Notes: a model not told the origin generated them from the sequence alone. A stretch of DNA of 64,000 bases from Hemiscyllium ocellatum (GCF_020745735.1 NW_026867487.1:4419239-4483238), one strand, 5' to 3'. Positions 49,860 through 63,279 are shown, counted from the stretch's first letter. Made by a program: numbers and translations.

Positions 49860-50026
49860 NNNNNNNNNNNNNNNNNNNNNNNNNNNNNNNNNNNNNNNNN
49901 NNNNNNNNNNNNNNNNNNNNNNNNNNNNNNNNNNNNNNNNNNNNNNNNNNNNNNNNNNNNNNNNNNNNNNNNNNNNNNNNNNNNNNNNNNNNNNNNNNNN
50001 NNNNNNNNNNNNNNNNNNNNNNNNNN
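49860..50026. other. Assembly gap (167 N)
   Basis: N run followed by a purine-rich tract. Confidence 0.99.
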
Positions 50027-50222
50027 TGGAAAGAAATAGAGAAAAAGGGAAAGAAAGAGGGAGAGAGAAAGAAGAGAGACAGAAAGAAAGCAAGAAAGCA
50101 AGCAAGAAAGAAAGAAGGAAGGAAAGAAAAAGCGAGAGAAAGAAAAATTCGAGAAAGAAACAGAAAGAGAGAAAGAAATAGACAGCGAGAAAGACGGAGA
50201 GAAATAAATAAATAAATAAGTT

Positions 50223-51552
50223 TTAAATGGTAACTAAAAGTGGCAAACATCGGAAAAGAAACTGAAGATATCTCTTCTTGTTCCTTTCTTTTCCGAAATA
50301 GTAACAATGTGATATCATAATTCTCTTTAAGGCATTGACACAAACAACAAACTTGTTATTTCTGGTTCTAGAGAGCGAGTGCTGCGGTGTACCAATCTGA
50401 AATAAGCATTGTACAGTCTGCTTTACAGTCGAGTGAGGGCATTCCAGCATCTTCAACTTCTCTCCAAACTTTTTCTTTGCTATTCAACGATGAAGACATT
50501 ATTGCAGGAACACAGAAACTGCAGCATGTTTTTTTTGTTTCTTGAACGATAGACTGATTGTCACTGAAATCCAAGCTGGTGACATATCCATGATCTGTTA
50601 CCTGGTTGCGCAGAAAGTACACAACATAGGTGGCCTGCAAGAGGAGAAAGATGATCAATATCGTGAAGAGAAGAACAATGGAGTTCTTGCGATGAACCAT
50701 TAGATTAGAATGTGGAAACAGACCCTTTGGCCCAACAAGTCCACGCCGACCCGCCGAAGCGCAACCCACCCATACCCCTACATTTACCTCTTACCTAAGA
50801 CTTCGGGTAATTTAGCATGACCAATTCACCTAACCCGCACATCTTTGGACTGTGGGAGGAAACCGGTGCACCCGGAGAAAACCCACGCAGACCGTGCAAA
50901 CTCCACACAGTCAGTCGCCTGAGTCGGTAATTGAACCCGCGTCTCAGATGCTGTGAAACAGCAGTGCTAACCACTGTGCCACCATGCCGCCCACTGCTGA
51001 TCTTCACGATTCTCCGAGACTCCGAGCTTTTGGTGGGCTCTGTTGGCCGCTAAGATATGTCTTACAGTCAGGACATTGAACAACGAAATGAGGAAGAAAG
51101 GGAGATGGGGACTAGGATGTGATCCAACCAGTCATTTGCCTGCCGGAAGTGTAGAAACTGGATTTGATCACACAGAACCGCAGCACCCTGTCCATAGTGC
51201 ACAAATGTTTGAAGACGATGTAGAAAGGAACGTTCTTGATGCATCTCAAGAAGCAGACCATTCCATCAACTAGCGATCAGGTTTCTCTGTGCAGTATCTG
51301 GTCTTGAGGCTTTGGCAGCAGATGGGCACAAAATGGCCAGTGGTAAAGACAACAGTCAGCCAGACTTAGCCATCCTTCATTACATAGGCCTGCGCAAAAG
51401 TGTTCCGAAAATAAATGTTTCCAATCCGGTTTAGGATGATAACACTGATGTTACTAAACACATCAGTTGTCCCTATTGCCATGAGGTGGTAGGTGACGCA
51501 CCGGGAGAGACCATAATGACACAGGCTTAGATTATGATCACCACCAAACCAG
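50223..51552 (-). pseudogene. GPR139-like pseudo-exon, copy 3, interrupted by a SINE
   Basis: Reads GLSRCVTYHLMAIGTTDVF and HRKNSIVLLFTILIIFLLLQATYVVYFL. Collinear with 31816-32873. Confidence 0.73.
50699..50992 (-). mobile_element. HE1-type SINE, private to copy 3, inside the GPCR pseudogene
   Basis: Full-length family match. The site is empty at about 32290. Confidence 0.87.
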
Positions 51553-52573
51553 CTGCAAAGGGACAGAAGAGATAGATGCGATATAAATGATTCCAAATCC
51601 CAATTGCAGTTTCCTTTCCTTCATTTTGGAAGTCCCTTCAACTGTTCCTTTCTCATCTATTAATTAACTGCTCTAAATCCCTTGGCAATTGACGGTATCA
51701 TATAGTGGATTATTCATTTGTGAATACCTAATGCATTTCAATCAATCTCTCTTAACAATTATTCTCTCCAGTGTGACGGGAGTCTACTTTCATACAAGTC
51801 CTACGTATAGAAACATTCCATTCTGCCCGCCAAGTCCACACCAACCTGAAAAACGCTTCCTATCCACTCACATCACACAAATCTATCCCTGTAACCCTGC
51901 GTTTCCCATGGTTAATCCATCTCGGCTATACACTGCTGAGTACAATGGTCAATTTAGCATGGCCAATCTACTCCTAATCTGCACATCGTTGATATGTGGG
52001 AGCAAAACGAGAGCACAGATTAAGCCATGCAGGCACGAGGAGAATACGCAAACTCCAGTCGCCCATGAATGGGTTTGAACCTGGGCCGCTGGTGCTGCCA
52101 AGTAGCAGTGCTAATCAATGAGCCATCATGCTGCCTTGAAGGGACACTTGTTCTGTGTCATTTCTCTTAGAGACTGGTGTTGTCACACTGTGCTAGAATG
52201 GCTGTTTCAGAAGCAATGGTTAAATAACTTGGAATTTCGTGAGCGTTTCTTTATTGAATTAGACGAAGGAAATATGAGTGGCTGAAGTCAGGCTCACGGA
52301 GACCTGCGATTTTAATTTTGCGCACAGTAGGGATTTGGTGTTGGCTGTTGAAGCTGATTGATACAGTTCTCTCTCTCTCTCTCTCTGTTGAAACTGATTG
52401 ATACAGTTCTCTCTCTCTCACTCTCTTTCTCTCTCTCTCTCGTGCTCTCTTTATGCTGGTACATTCAGTATTACTTTCGCCTGGAATGGAGAGGGCACGT
52501 GAGGAAAGTGTGTTCTACTGTTTAGCCTTAGACTAGTTTGCATTTATGGGATACTGCTGTACACGACCGGTTG

Positions 52574-52887
52574 ATTAGACTAGATTAGACTTACAGTGTG
52601 GAAACAGGCCCTTCGGCCCAACAAGTCCACACCGACCCGCCGAAGCGCAACCCACCCATACCCCTACATTTACCCCTACCTAACACTACGGGCAATTTAG
52701 CATGGTCAATTCACCTGACCCGCACATCTTTGGACTGTGGGAGGAAACCGGAGCACCCGGAGGAAACCCACGCAGACACGGGGAGAACGTGCAAACTCCA
52801 CACAGTCAGTCGCCTGAGTCGGGAATTGAACCCGGGTCTCAGGCGCTGTGAGGCAGCAGTGCTAACCACTGGGCCACCGTGCCGCCC
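52574..52887 (-). mobile_element. HE1-type SINE, private to copy 3
   Basis: Full-length family match with a possible short TGATTA duplication. The site is empty in copies 1 and 2. Confidence 0.88.
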
Positions 52888-55800
52888 ACTGATTACTGGT
52901 TAAATAATAAATTATTTTATTAAGTTTCTCCATAGTGTTAAAGCTATGCCAATTCTCTCTTTCCTGTTTCACTATTGCTGTGTAGTTAGAATACAGTATG
53001 CTTTGCTTAAAGCCTAGTAGTGGAGAAATTAAATTACATCTGGAACACAACGTGTTGCAGTTGCTTTTGTTTAAATAAAAGGTTAAGTGCTAGGCTATTT
53101 CCTTAAAGTAATTTGAAGGTGTTTGGCACAGTCCACAGCACTAGTAAACTGAGTCAATCCTCCACGCATTCAGTTTATTGTCAACTGGAGCATTTCTTGA
53201 CAAACCCCTTATTTATCGATCCATCCACGAACAGTTTGTCCGGATCGTCTCATTTTCTGACAACGTTTCAGTTTACAAAAACATTTACTCTTACAATTGT
53301 CCAAATAGATCCATAGTTTTAGCACGTATACAAAGACCAGGGATCAGAGTAGCATCCTGTTATGTCCCTCCGTACAGCTCTGATACGAATCATTCTATCA
53401 GCGTTGTTATTTTGTGTTTTGCTGTTTGCCACATGAACAATACCAATGATTCCAATGAACCTTAATGTCTTCATTTATCCACACGTCTTCACCACGTTCT
53501 TTCTGATCTAACACATCGACCAAACGTTTGTTCATCTGTCTTGATATTTCCTTATTTCATCTGGTGTCAAATAGCCTGACCATATACACTGTGAAAACTG
53601 CGGAAATAAATGTGACTTGCACATTTGTAACTGCTAAGTAGGAATGAGCTAAAAATTGAATTGCCGGTAGCTACCACATACCACTCAACATTAAGAACTA
53701 CTATCAGCAAATGTAAAATCCAAATGTAAAAGACCAATCGTCACAGAACACAATGTATAAGCGATTTAAAATATTGCACTTTCGTTGAATTTGTTCAAAC
53801 GTTTCCATTATTAATTCTGACGATCACATTAACAACAAGGGCTGCTCAGTAGGATCTCGCTCTGCTTCAACAATTACATTCATCTTAATGTCTCACTCTA
53901 GATTTCTAGTATCACTACATGTATTTTATACTCTAATACAGCTATTCTAATAATAGTGCCAAATAATTCATTTTGCAAAATAATTATAAAATCAGTGCTT
54001 GAAAGTTCCACTTTACTACATTGTCATATGTAATGATGATAAGCATTACAAAAACACAAGAATATTTCAATAAGTTAGATTAAAGCTTCATGATCAGTAA
54101 CATGACAAATTAAAATTCAATATATTACAATACGTATTTCATCAACGTACAAACGTGCAGAATGGTAAGTCTGAAAGTTTTTAATATCCCATGATGAAAG
54201 TGCAAAGATTGCACTCTAATTCAGCAAATACTGCATAATGTGGCATTATCAATTTCATAGTATTGTAACACATGTAAAGTTCATTATGCTCAGACACCTC
54301 TGATTAATCACAATATTCAGCCCATTCTGCAAGGGAAGATACAAAATATCTGAAGGTTTAGAAGAGCTATATAACTTACTTGTGATCCATGACTTACCAG
54401 GCCCACCAAGGGCAGTGAGAATCGGAAAGCAAACAGCAAAGACTGGGCCATCTTTTGGGGAAAATAAGGAATTACTAATGCTATAGAATTTAACTCAGAG
54501 AACCTGTCAAATCCTCCTTTATTTTCTCCGAGTCAGATCCCCCAGAGGTAGAAATGAGTATCTTCGATGCAGTTCACTGAACAAACAGATTAACTCATGG
54601 GTTTATGACATCTGTTTGCAACTTCATGGCTGACAATGATTCCATTGTGGACTTGTTTCCATTGGATAATTATTGCTACATGAGACACCCAGCCTAAAGT
54701 GTATGCAAATATAAATCTTCCGTTCAATCCACATTTAAGACATCTGATAAACAACCAATATTTATCTCACCACATAGGATCTTGAGGGAAGATAGTGAAC
54801 TATGCTCCCTCTCTTATGTGCTCTTAGTACTGTTCATGTGGTTGTGGATGAGGGAGTGAGATCTTCTGATTGTATTTTCGATTCAGTCTGCAATTCCACG
54901 TTATGGGAGCCGGATGTTGTGATACTTTGGATCTCATATGCCGAGCAGTAACAACTATTTGTATTATTAATCCACCCATTTCACTGTGCAATTACCAGGG
55001 GCAGATTCAATAGTATTTTGTATTCGCCATTGGCCTGAGGAATGGGAATGGAAGTTACTGGAGAAGATCAGGAGGAATTTGGGAAGTACAGCGGCACAGA
55101 TAGTTTTCTGGCGTTCGTTGTTTCCCATATTCGTCCTGAACTCACAGACAGATACAAGAAATAGACATGAAAACATGAATCCTAAAAAACAGCCACTGCG
55201 GAGAGGACCTGAAATGGCACAAACCATCATAACAGACCTGCTCAGACAAGTAATGAGTCGAGTAGAATAATAACCCCTCATCAGAAGTTGCACTTCACGG
55301 TGTCACCCAGCAGGGTAATGAAATGTCTGCATACAAACCAATCAGCTCAGCCGGCAAAGCAACAATCGCATCCACAACCCGAGCTACACACTTTCGCAAA
55401 ATGATATAATCCTTCAAGTAGAGTTGACCGTTTCGTCTTGAGTTCTGTCCTTGTCCCTTTAAGAAAGTTCTTCTCGACTCCTGCTGGAGCTACATTGTTT
55501 CTGTTTATTGTTGTGATAATGTCATCTTGTCCATTTTATCTGCAAGTTGAGAGTGAGTTTTGTTCAGAATCTTGTCATCTTTGAATTAGCGTCGGGCTTA
55601 TGGCACTTAAAAAAATGGTAGAGTCGGAGACGAGGGCCTTGTGGATCTTTAACTGTGCAATCTTCACAGTTTTATTAAATGTTACAGAGAACAACTCATG
55701 AAAGTTACGATATAAACCAGACGAACGGTGGAACATGAGAAACTCAATGGTTCACAGTGACTGATGCAATAATCGAACAAGGAACTTGGTAACATGAAGG

Positions 55801-57104
55801 GTAGTTAGGTGAGAGCCAGAACAGCAAGCGGAAACTGAAGACGGCGCTGCAGCACACTTGGCACTGAATGAACTCCCGGTTCCTTGTGAAAATTGAAATT
55901 GCACAGCGCTGCTAGGTTTCACTGGGATCTGGTAGATGACGAGAGTTCTGTGACCATCTTACTCTCTCAGTAACACAGTATCTGAGGTAAAAATGGGAAG
56001 AGTTGAGAGGATGAACAAAGGATCATTTATCATGTAAACCTTCCATGCATAACGAGGGTATTGGATCATTGTGCTTGTCCCTGTTCTTTGAAGGGGGCAT
56101 GTAATGAGTTTCAATTCCTTCGTTCTTTTCACATTCTGTCGCTTGTCAAGTTTAATCCCTGCCCGAGTCATTTAACACCATTCTGAAAGTTAGCAGTTAA
56201 ACTGCTATCATCATCCTCTCATATAGTGAATTATAAATTAGAAGACAGTACAATTTGTCAAAAAGCTTTCTGTTTTGTTTTCAATTAATCAAACCTGACC
56301 TCTTGCTAATCAAGCCGATATGGCATGCTCTATTCTATCTAAACCCCTGGTAACTTTGGGAAGGTCAGTGAAATTATCCTTAACCTTACATTAATACTGG
56401 CAATCAAATCTTGACTGACGTGAAACCAAACATAACAGTCTTCTTTTATGCTCACATATTCTCTCATAATCTGTAAATCTAGGTTCCACACAATCATACC
56501 CCTTCTTAGGCAAAATCAAAGTCTATCACATCATTTCAACCATATACTCCTTACATTCCCAGTCCCCAGTCCGTCACACTCACTCCCTTCCTTTGTCTGG
56601 CTTCACTGCTATAGCTACTATCTGCAGGCTGCGAATCAAACCAATGAGTCTGCTTTGGGTTTTGGGGACTTCAGCGCTTCTTTGTGAATTCGCCCTGCCC
56701 AATTCCAGCGGTTTTATTCATGATCACACAGTGGAGAGTAGCTGAGTTCCAATCAGTGGGGAACATCTTATTTATCGTCTTCTCCTCCACTTCTCTGATT
56801 TGAACTGTCCTCAGATTTGAGTTCTCATGTTTTGAGTTCTTCATCCGAGGTCAGTTTCGCCCTTCAGCTTTCCTAACTTGTTGCATTTTATAGACACCAT
56901 AATACGTAATTAATTATTTTTACCTGTAAAATTTCTGTATCCAGTGCCTATGTATTAAAAAGATGTTTGTCAAAGCTTATCCAATCTCAAAGGGAAATAC
57001 AGCGATGTTGGAATCGGAAGTTGTTGTGATGAGAACCATGAATAACTGAAGTCACTAAGCTTCTCTCATAATATTACCGCTCTTAATCCAATATTTGACT
57101 TAGA

Positions 57105-57336
57105 ATGTGGTCACTATTTATCTTTTCCTTGTTATAATTCATATAAAACAATTTATTGAGTATCCGGTAACTCAGAGATTATGTGTTTTATTCGAGAGTC
57201 TTATTCAGATTTTTGATACTTCTTATATGTTTGTTCAGGTACGAGCGCCCAAGATTCAGTTTCCCAGCATCCACTTGAACAGACGGTTCAGGAAGGCCAT
57301 ACTACAACACTGAACTGTCGTGAACAACAGCAGCAT
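57105..57336 (+). pseudogene. 3'-truncated family-B V relic, copy 3
   Basis: Paralog of 16270-16502. It retains an atccg|gtaact donor, and the exon starts at 57239. Confidence 0.8.
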
Positions 57337-57573
57337 TAATGCCTGAGTATGACTTTAATTTTGAATTGACTTTTCACCTTAACTCGAGAAAAGGATAAAC
57401 CTGTTAAAAAAAAACAGAGCCCTTGCGATGGATAAAGAAGTAAGTTCGAACGAGATGGAACACCTGAAAATGTGAGACTGAACAAGGGAATGAGAAAGTT
57501 ATAAAAATAACAACATGTGCAATTGGAGCGAATATTGTCTTTTATCGTCAACTGTTTCTGTTTCCCCTACCGT

Positions 57574-57672
57574 TGACGTCACATTTGAAAACACAGCCAA
57601 TCGCAGCAAAGGGAAGCTCTATTCAATTTCCAAAGGAGTGAGGCCATCTCCCGAGTAAAGATTAAATATAAG
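57574..57672 (+). promoter_or_regulatory. Putative V-B3 promoter with perfect CRE
   Basis: TGACGTCA at 57574-57581, 147 nt upstream of the ATG. Confidence 0.45.
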
Positions 57673-57720
57673 AGTCAGCAGATCATTTATAGTATGGTGT
57701 TTACGGTCAAAGCAGATATC

Positions 57721-58161
57721 ATGAGTTTACTGTATTTTTTATTGGTAATAATGGCCGTGGTGCCCGGTAGGACCCAGCAAAATTTGCGATTGTGTTTTTA
57801 ATTGGATATACCTATTCAGATTTTTAACATTTTTTGATGTATTTTTTGCAGGAACGAGAGGCCAAGATTCAGTTTCACAGGATCCATCTGAATGAACCGT
57901 TCAGGAAGGCCATACTACAATACTAAACTGTCGTTACATAACAGCAGCATCATTTGGAGAAACTCTCTTTTGGTACATCCAGTATCCTGGGGAAGCTCCG
58001 AGATATTTACTGCAGAGATACGATAAGCAGCAAGGTGCCAGATCTATACATTTCACTGACCGATTTTCTGCTAATTTGGACAAGGAGAAGAAAACAGTTC
58101 CTTTAAATATCTCCGAGGCTAAAATCTCCGATTCTGCCGTCTACTACTGTGCACGGAGCTC
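57721..58161 (+). pseudogene. TCR V gene family B copy 3 with premature stop (leader 57721-57766, V exon 57852-58161)
   Basis: TGG mutated to TGA at 57893-57895 in FR1. The rest of the exon is open and the splice sites are intact. Confidence 0.9.
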
Positions 58162-58200
58162 CACATTGATACAGCGAAACAGCCAGCGTGTACAAAAATC
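58162..58200 (+). other. 23-RSS of V-B3
   Basis: CACATTG, 23-nt spacer, ACAAAAATC. Confidence 0.93.
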
Positions 58201-59579
58201 GGCAAGATAGCCTTACGTCTCTTTCTGCATAAGATCACTGAGCAGAATTATAAATTGTTAGCTAAATAAAAACAACATTTCATGATTGCCTTGCCCAATT
58301 GTTTTCTTTTTTTCATTATTGATTCCACTACATTCTGTTTAAACTCCTCTTCATATTAAGTTAGTTTTTTTTATTACCTACAGTGAATAGGTGTGTAAAT
58401 GGCAGATTCTGGTACTAAAATTGCAACAGGACTTATCATTCCTCATTTCCCAAAACAGATATTGATCCCGATAAAGAAGTCAAAAAACTATTAATGCCCA
58501 GTTCATTATTCTTTTGTACATCAGCGAGGTGTCGTTGTTCTGATGCTGATTTTTTATTATTCAGAGCAACGTCGATTGGTTTGTGCATCTTCTTCGATTA
58601 TACGAGAGTTGGGGATAATGCACAAAGGTGGATACACGATAAATCACCTTACAGAGTGGAGAAACAGGATTGAAGTTTCAAATCAAGCCATCTAACTTCT
58701 CCTCACTGTGATCTGTGGCTCACATTGTGTCTGAACAAAAGGGGTATGAGTTGATCTAGTCCCACCTGGTGACACTTCCATAAATTAACCAATCGGCATT
58801 GACAGTGGATATGACACATCTGAACTTCTGCTCAAATCTGCCATTAGTTGTGTGCAGAATCACTTCAGCTTCATCTCCCTCTGTTCAAACCCACCATTAG
58901 TTCTAAGCAGTCTCAGACATGGTGATAGAAACGAGAGCAAACCTTGTGCAGAAGCAAATCCCCAACCTGAGAGAGGTTGTAGATAACTTTATATCGAGTA
59001 ACATCACTTTAAAAATGGCCACCCGGAAAGAATGTCTCGGCATGTCTCCTATTAATTCGGAAAAGAGGAGTGAGATTTTAAATTTCGTTTATTCCATAAT
59101 AAGTAAATGGCAGGAAAAAATCACGGTGCAGTTATTTACAGTACCTTTTAATAAGTCATTTTGCTCAGCGGCATCTTCGGCCAACAATGCTTGATACACA
59201 TTTCACCACCCCACACCACCCCAACCAAACCTCCTCACAACCCATGTTGTTTAGACGCATACTGCTTGAAATCTCAGAGAAAAATATAAATTGTTGGAAA
59301 AGCTCAGCACGTCTGCCAGCATCTGGAGAGAGAAGTCAGAGTTAACGTTCCTGTTTGAGTGAATTTCCTCTGAACTGGTTTTAGCTCTGAAAATGCTGTT
59401 TTATGTGTAGAAATTAGGGTGGTGATATTGTGTGCGAAAGGAACGATAAGTGGTGATAAAGCCCAAAGAGAAAGAAGAGCAATTGTACAGACCTAGCAGA
59501 TAATAACGATCTGACTTTGCGGGTGAAAATACCGTTAATGGGGACTTTTAGTGGCTAACAATATGTGTTGTATATTAAT

Positions 59580-60334
59580 AACAAGAGTTCGGAGCTGGAA
59601 AAAGCAATGCAGGTCAGGCAGCATTGAAGGAACAGTAAAATTGAGGTTTTGGGCATAAGCCGTTCATCAGGAATAAGGCTTATGGGGCGGGTGACTGAGA
59701 GATAAATGGGAGAGGGGTGGAGCTGGGGCATCTTAGCTGGGAATGTGATAGTTAGATGAAGGTGAGGTGAAAGTGGTAGATTGGAGAGGTGGGTGAATTG
59801 GGTAGGTGGGCAGGAAGATGGGCAGTTTAAGATGGCGGTGCCTTGTTGGACACTTCAGGCTGGGCTAAAGTGAGGGAGGGTAAATGTGGAAACTGGTGAA
59901 ATCTACATTGATCCTGTGTGGTTGCAGGGTCTCAGGTGGAAGATGAGGCATTTTTCCTACAGGCGTCAGGCGGTTCGGTTTGGAAATGGAGAAGGCCCAG
60001 GATCTGCATGGTCCTGGTGGAGTAGGAGAGGGTGTTGAAATTTTCAGCCACGGGGCAGAAGGGTTTGTTGGTGCAGGTGTCCCAGAGATGTTCTCTGAAA
60101 CAATCTGCACTTTGGCGTCCTGTCTTCCCAAAGTAAAGGCGACCATATCGTGTGCAACGGATTCAGTAGATGACGTGTGTGGAAGTGCAGGTAAATTTCT
60201 GTCGATCCTTGAACGGAGTTTGGGAGGAGGTTTGGGTACAGGGTTTGTACTTCTGCTCGTGGCAGTGGAGGTTGTGGTCTTTAAAGGTGGAAGCCATCTG
60301 GATTTTTTTCTGATGGAATGCAGAGCCTTCCACT
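59580..60334 (-). mobile_element. Degenerate PLE, inverted arm
   Basis: Paralog of 40210-40984. Confidence 0.8.
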
Positions 60335-62240
60335 CCCTCCACTCCAACCCCAACATCACAATCAACACAGCAGACAAGGTGCGGGGGTGTTGTGGGAGTT
60401 TGGAGCACCAACCTCACACTGCTGAAGCTAGGTGCCAACTCGCAGACCCCTCCTCTTTCTGCCCCCTCAACCACGACCTCACCTCCCATTACCAAACTAT
60501 CAACTCCCAGACCATTCACAAAATCTCCCATCCACAGTCTCCAACCTCATCGTCTAAGAACACCACACTGTCCGATTCTACCTCTGACCCAAGATTCACA
60601 AACCTGACTGCACCAGTCACCACAACCTGACTCCAACCCCACTGAATAACTTGACACGGTCCTAACCCCTTAGTCCAAGAACATCCTATTTACATTCAGG
60701 GCACCATCCACCCCCTTCACTTTCTCCAGGACCTTAGTTTCCCCAGCCTGAACATCATACCTTTGCCATGAATATTCCGTCCCTGTACACATCCATCCGC
60801 CATGAAAAGGTCTTCCACGTCCTCTGTTTTCTTTTTCCTCTCACACCGACCAAACCAGTAACATTTCATGAAAATCTCATTGAGCTGGCTTAAATGATCC
60901 TGACCCTCAAAAATTTCTCATTCCAATCCCCCAGCTAACTCCAAACCATGGGCTCCCGATTGGGCCTCAGCTATTCCTCGGATATGTGGAACAGTCCATC
61001 TTTCACAACTACGCTGGCACCAATCCATACCAGTTCCTCTGTTGTATTGATGACTGTATTTGCACTACCTCTTGCTCCCATGAGGACATTAACTTCAACG
61101 TCTCGAGCACCTTCCACCCGATCTCCAATTCACCTTAACCATCTCAGATACCTCCCTCCCCTTCCTATACCTCTCCATCTCCATCTCCTGCGACCAACTA
61201 TACATGGATATTTACTACAAACCCACGGACTCTCACACTTACCTGGAGTACACCTCCTCCCACCCTACCTCCTGTGAGAACGCTATCTCTTGTTTCTAAT
61301 TGCTCACCCTCCACTTCCACTGCTCGCAGGAGAATCAATTCTGCCATAGAACATTTCAGATGGCCGCCTTCTTCAAAGACTGCAATTTCTGCTCTGACGT
61401 AGTCGACGATGTCCTCTAGTGCATCTGCTTCACTTTCCACACTTCCACCCTTGGAAGCACCTCCAATCTCAACAAGGACAGAACACCCCTGGTCCTCACC
61501 TTCCACGTCACCAAACTCCTGGTACATTATATCATCCTCTGCCATGTCTGCCAACTGCAAACAAATCCCAGCACTAAAGATATTCCTGCTCACCCGCATG
61601 TTTGTTTTGGAAAGACCATTCCCTCCACGACTCCCTTGTCAGATCCATGCCTCACACCAGCCTAACCATACTCCCAGCACTGTCCCCTGTCACCGAAAGA
61701 AGTGCAAAACCTGGGTACACACCTCCCCACTCAGATCTGCCCAAGATCCTTTCACTTTCGACAGAAATTTACCTGTACTTCCGCGTACGTCATCTACTGT
61801 ATCTGTTGCACACGCTGCAGTCTCCTCTAGATCAGGGAGACAAGCCACCAAAACGTGGATTGTTTCAGATAACATCACCAGGACACCCGCACCAGCGAAA
61901 ACCATTATCCCTTGGCTGAAAACGTCAACTCCCCGTCCCAATCTCCGAGGACATGCAGGTCCTGGGCCTCCTCCGCCGCCAAACCCTAATCACCAGATGC
62001 CTGGAGGAAGAATGCCTCACCGTCCGCCTTGGGACATTGCAACCACGAAGGATCAATGTGGATTTCACCAGTTTCCCCATTTCTCTTCCCCAACTTTATC
62101 CCATTCCAAAGCATCTAAATTGGCACGGCTCTGTAACCTGTCCATCCTCCATCCCACCTATCCGCTCTACCCTCAAAATATCGATTATCCTGCTGCTTGG
62201 GTGCTGCCTGACCTACTGTGTTTCTCTGGCACCACACTGG
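60335..62240 (+). mobile_element. Degenerate PLE, RT through GIY-YIG and 3' end
   Basis: Begins LHSNPNITINTADK. Paralog of 19071-21145 with internal deletions. Confidence 0.85.
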
Positions 62241-62269
62241 AGCTATAAATTAACAGACAATACAAAGTC

Positions 62270-62860
62270 TGGTTGTGAGACTTTGGATAAGGACTTGCGA
62301 GATCTCCAGCCCGAAAGAAATCAATATTGCGTCCAGAAGGCTCACGTTATCCAAGTGGAAAATGAGGCGTTTGTTATTTTTCTAAGTTGCACTGAGCTTC
62401 ACTAGAGTATTGCAGTAAAGCCTGAACCAAGGTATTGGATAGGGAACAGCGTGGTGTGTTGAATGTTCAGGATCATTTCATTCTGAAGAGAATACAAGTG
62501 TTCTGCATAGCGGCCACCCAACGAACACTGTTTCCCCAGCTAGAGGAGACGACATTGTGAGTCATAAATGCAGTCAAAAAAAATATATGAAGTGCAGGTA
62601 AAGCACTGCTGCACCTGGAAGATATGTTTTGGCACTTGGATAATGAGGAGAGTGGAACTGAACGGAAAGGTGTTGCATCTTCTCTGACTGTAACCGAAGA
62701 TTTTGTGAGTCTGTGTGTGCTATTGGGGTTGAAGGAAGAGTTGGGCAGTGTGTCCCAGGCGGACTGGTCCATGCCGAAGGCTGACTAGGAGGAGGAGGGA
62801 AATGTATGTCTGGAAATCCCACGTAGGAAGTTTATCAGACGTCAACTCGTCTTCACTCTC
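62270..62860 (-). mobile_element. Older PLE fragment
   Basis: Paralog of 21190-21760. Confidence 0.6.
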
Positions 62861-63279
62861 GCTCTGATTAGAGACAATGAATGAAAGCGGAACTTCTCAA
62901 TCTTATTTCAAAATCGAATTTCTTTTATTCACATCGTTGTCTCGATCATTTAATGCCTGAGCTTTGCTTGAAATCACTCAGAGTTTAAATTGTTTCTACA
63001 TTCAGTTGGCCACCAAACTTCTCTTAGGTCAATTAAAAACAAACTTTCCACATTTGGTCATCCTTTACTGAGCAACAGAGTGAGCTTCTAATGTTTCTCT
63101 TTTCTAACATAAACAGGAACCTGTGGTTATTGACGTTATCAGTACAAGGCCGTCCTATCGCACGACTTTCCGGAAATGACATAAAACTAAACGTAATCCA
63201 AGCTGACAGCGCTTTCATCTTGGGTGTTCTGCAGACTTTTGAGACGCAAAATTTGACATCGAATTCCAAACCAGCAGCG

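Noticed and set aside
2708-58200. IgH/IgNAR cluster or NAR-TCR cassette
   Set aside because: No 12-RSS-flanked D, J or C exons were seen downstream of any V. The V genes have their own leaders and TRAV/TRDV-like frameworks rather than VH/VNAR motifs.
61409-62248. Long Pro/Ser/Thr-rich ORFs (also 1051-1828, 20578-21123, 40608-41183, 59980-60630)
   Set aside because: These are off-frame or antisense readings of decayed PLE sequence, not host genes. No intact RT or endonuclease ORF exists in the window.
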